Source: Catajapyx aquilonaris (Eukaryota). From it: a stretch of 50,296 nucleotides of DNA. Of this stretch, positions 49,128 to 50,296 are shown one piece after another. The notes under the pieces were generated by a model. The model had not been told where the DNA came from and searched no databases. It saw only the letters and a list, made by a program, of their open reading frames with translations. The DNA lies in the NCBI GenBank assembly GCA_000934665.2, contig JYFJ02002827.1:1-50296 (forward strand), read 5' to 3'. Each line of letters begins with the position of its first letter. The first letter of the stretch is position 1. The translations under genes were made by a program, and so were the position numbers.

Positions 49128-50174
49128 ATGGAAGAGAAGGAGCCCTTGATCAGCACGGAGGAGTGCCCGGAGGAGGAGAAGGAGGAAACAATGGGTTGCA
49201 CGCATTACAAAAGGAAATGCAAGCTCATTGTGAGTATTGTCAGAATGTATTTAGAATGTATGGGAATGTATGAGAACATTCAAATTGTTCCGCAGTCGCC
49301 ATGTTGTGGACTCGTCTACACATGTAGATTTTGCCATGATGAACGTGAGGATCATACTTTGAACCGTCGGGATGTGCAGGAGGTTACCTGCATGAAGTGT
49401 GAGGCTCGCCAGGAGGCACGGAGGGATTGCGAGAACTGCGGTTCTGTCTTTGGAGAGTACTTTTGCGCCTATTGCAAGCTGTTTGATGATATTGACAAGC
49501 AGCAATACCATTGCGATGGGTGCGGGATATGCCGCATCGGAGGCAGGGAGAATTTCTTCCATTGCGAGAAGTGCGATATGTGCCTCCCTCTGCTGCTCCA
49601 CAACCACCACCAGGTAATTGGCTGCTGTGTGTATGAAACAACCGAGGGGTTAGTCACTTATGAAGTCCTTCGTACACCGAGACTGAAGTCCAGGTGAAGT
49701 CCAGCAGAACAAAGTTCGTGAAGTCATTGGAAGTCTGTGAAGTAAATCGTACACTACAGTATCAAGTGACTGACCCCTCAGAAAATATTATCTGTAGAAT
49801 TGATGTTAAATGTGTCATGTTTATGTTCCAGTGTATGGAGAAAATATCGCGGTGTGATTGCCCTGTGTGCCTGGAGGACATCCATACGTCCCGTACACCC
49901 GCAAGCATTCCACCATGTGGACATCTTATTCACCAGAATTGCTTTGAAGATCTCACCAAGGCAGGCCATTACGCTTGTCCCATATGCCAGGTCTCCATGT
50001 TTAATATGGCAAAGGTATGTTTCATTACGCCAATGCAGGTCTTGGGACAGTTCAAACTAGATTCGTTGGTTCTTACAGATGTGGACGCGGCTGGATCATG
50101 AGATCCAGATGACACCAATGCCGACAGAGTACCAGGACTACTGTGTCAACATCCTGTGTAGGGACTGCCATGAG
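49128..50174 (+). CDS. RCHY1: RCHY1/Pirh2 tandem copy 2 (partial; last exon beyond the window)
   Basis: Exons 49128-49229, 49296-49613, 49832-50014, 50079-50174. Same exon sizes as copy 1, intact frame and Zn ligands. Confidence 0.93.
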
Positions 50175-50296
50175 GTAAAAGAAATGTGGTTGAATGTGAC
50201 TTTGAGCATTTTCCTTCCAAAATCAATGCCAGGTTTTTGTGTGTTATAATATATTCTGATGAATAAATCTTTAATAGGCATCCTGGGGGGGGGGGG

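Overview
AT-rich eukaryotic DNA, most likely an arthropod (RabX4-type Rab, many 60-65 nt GT-AG introns). Eight gene models were spliced by hand: (1) a divergent Enhancer-of-polycomb gene with a single-exon CDS (minus strand); (2) a small multi-TM C3HC4 RING gene (RNF26-like); (3) RabX4; (4) a 19-exon NEK8/NEK9-family kinase with RCC1 repeats and an unexpected ~190-aa N-terminal domain resembling DUF4347; (5) an MDP1-like HAD protein lacking the catalytic Asp, which hosts (6) a C2H2 zinc-finger gene antisense in its 6.8-kb intron; (7-8) two tandem RCHY1/Pirh2 copies whose RING-side exons have diverged more than their introns. Non-coding DNA is dense with non-autonomous elements (Tc1/mariner-, hAT-, Harbinger-, Kolobok- and piggyBac-type), Helitrons, tRNA-derived SINEs, two LINE fragments, microsatellites and several spacer-less palindromes. 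Family assignments come from recalled motifs; no database search was run.
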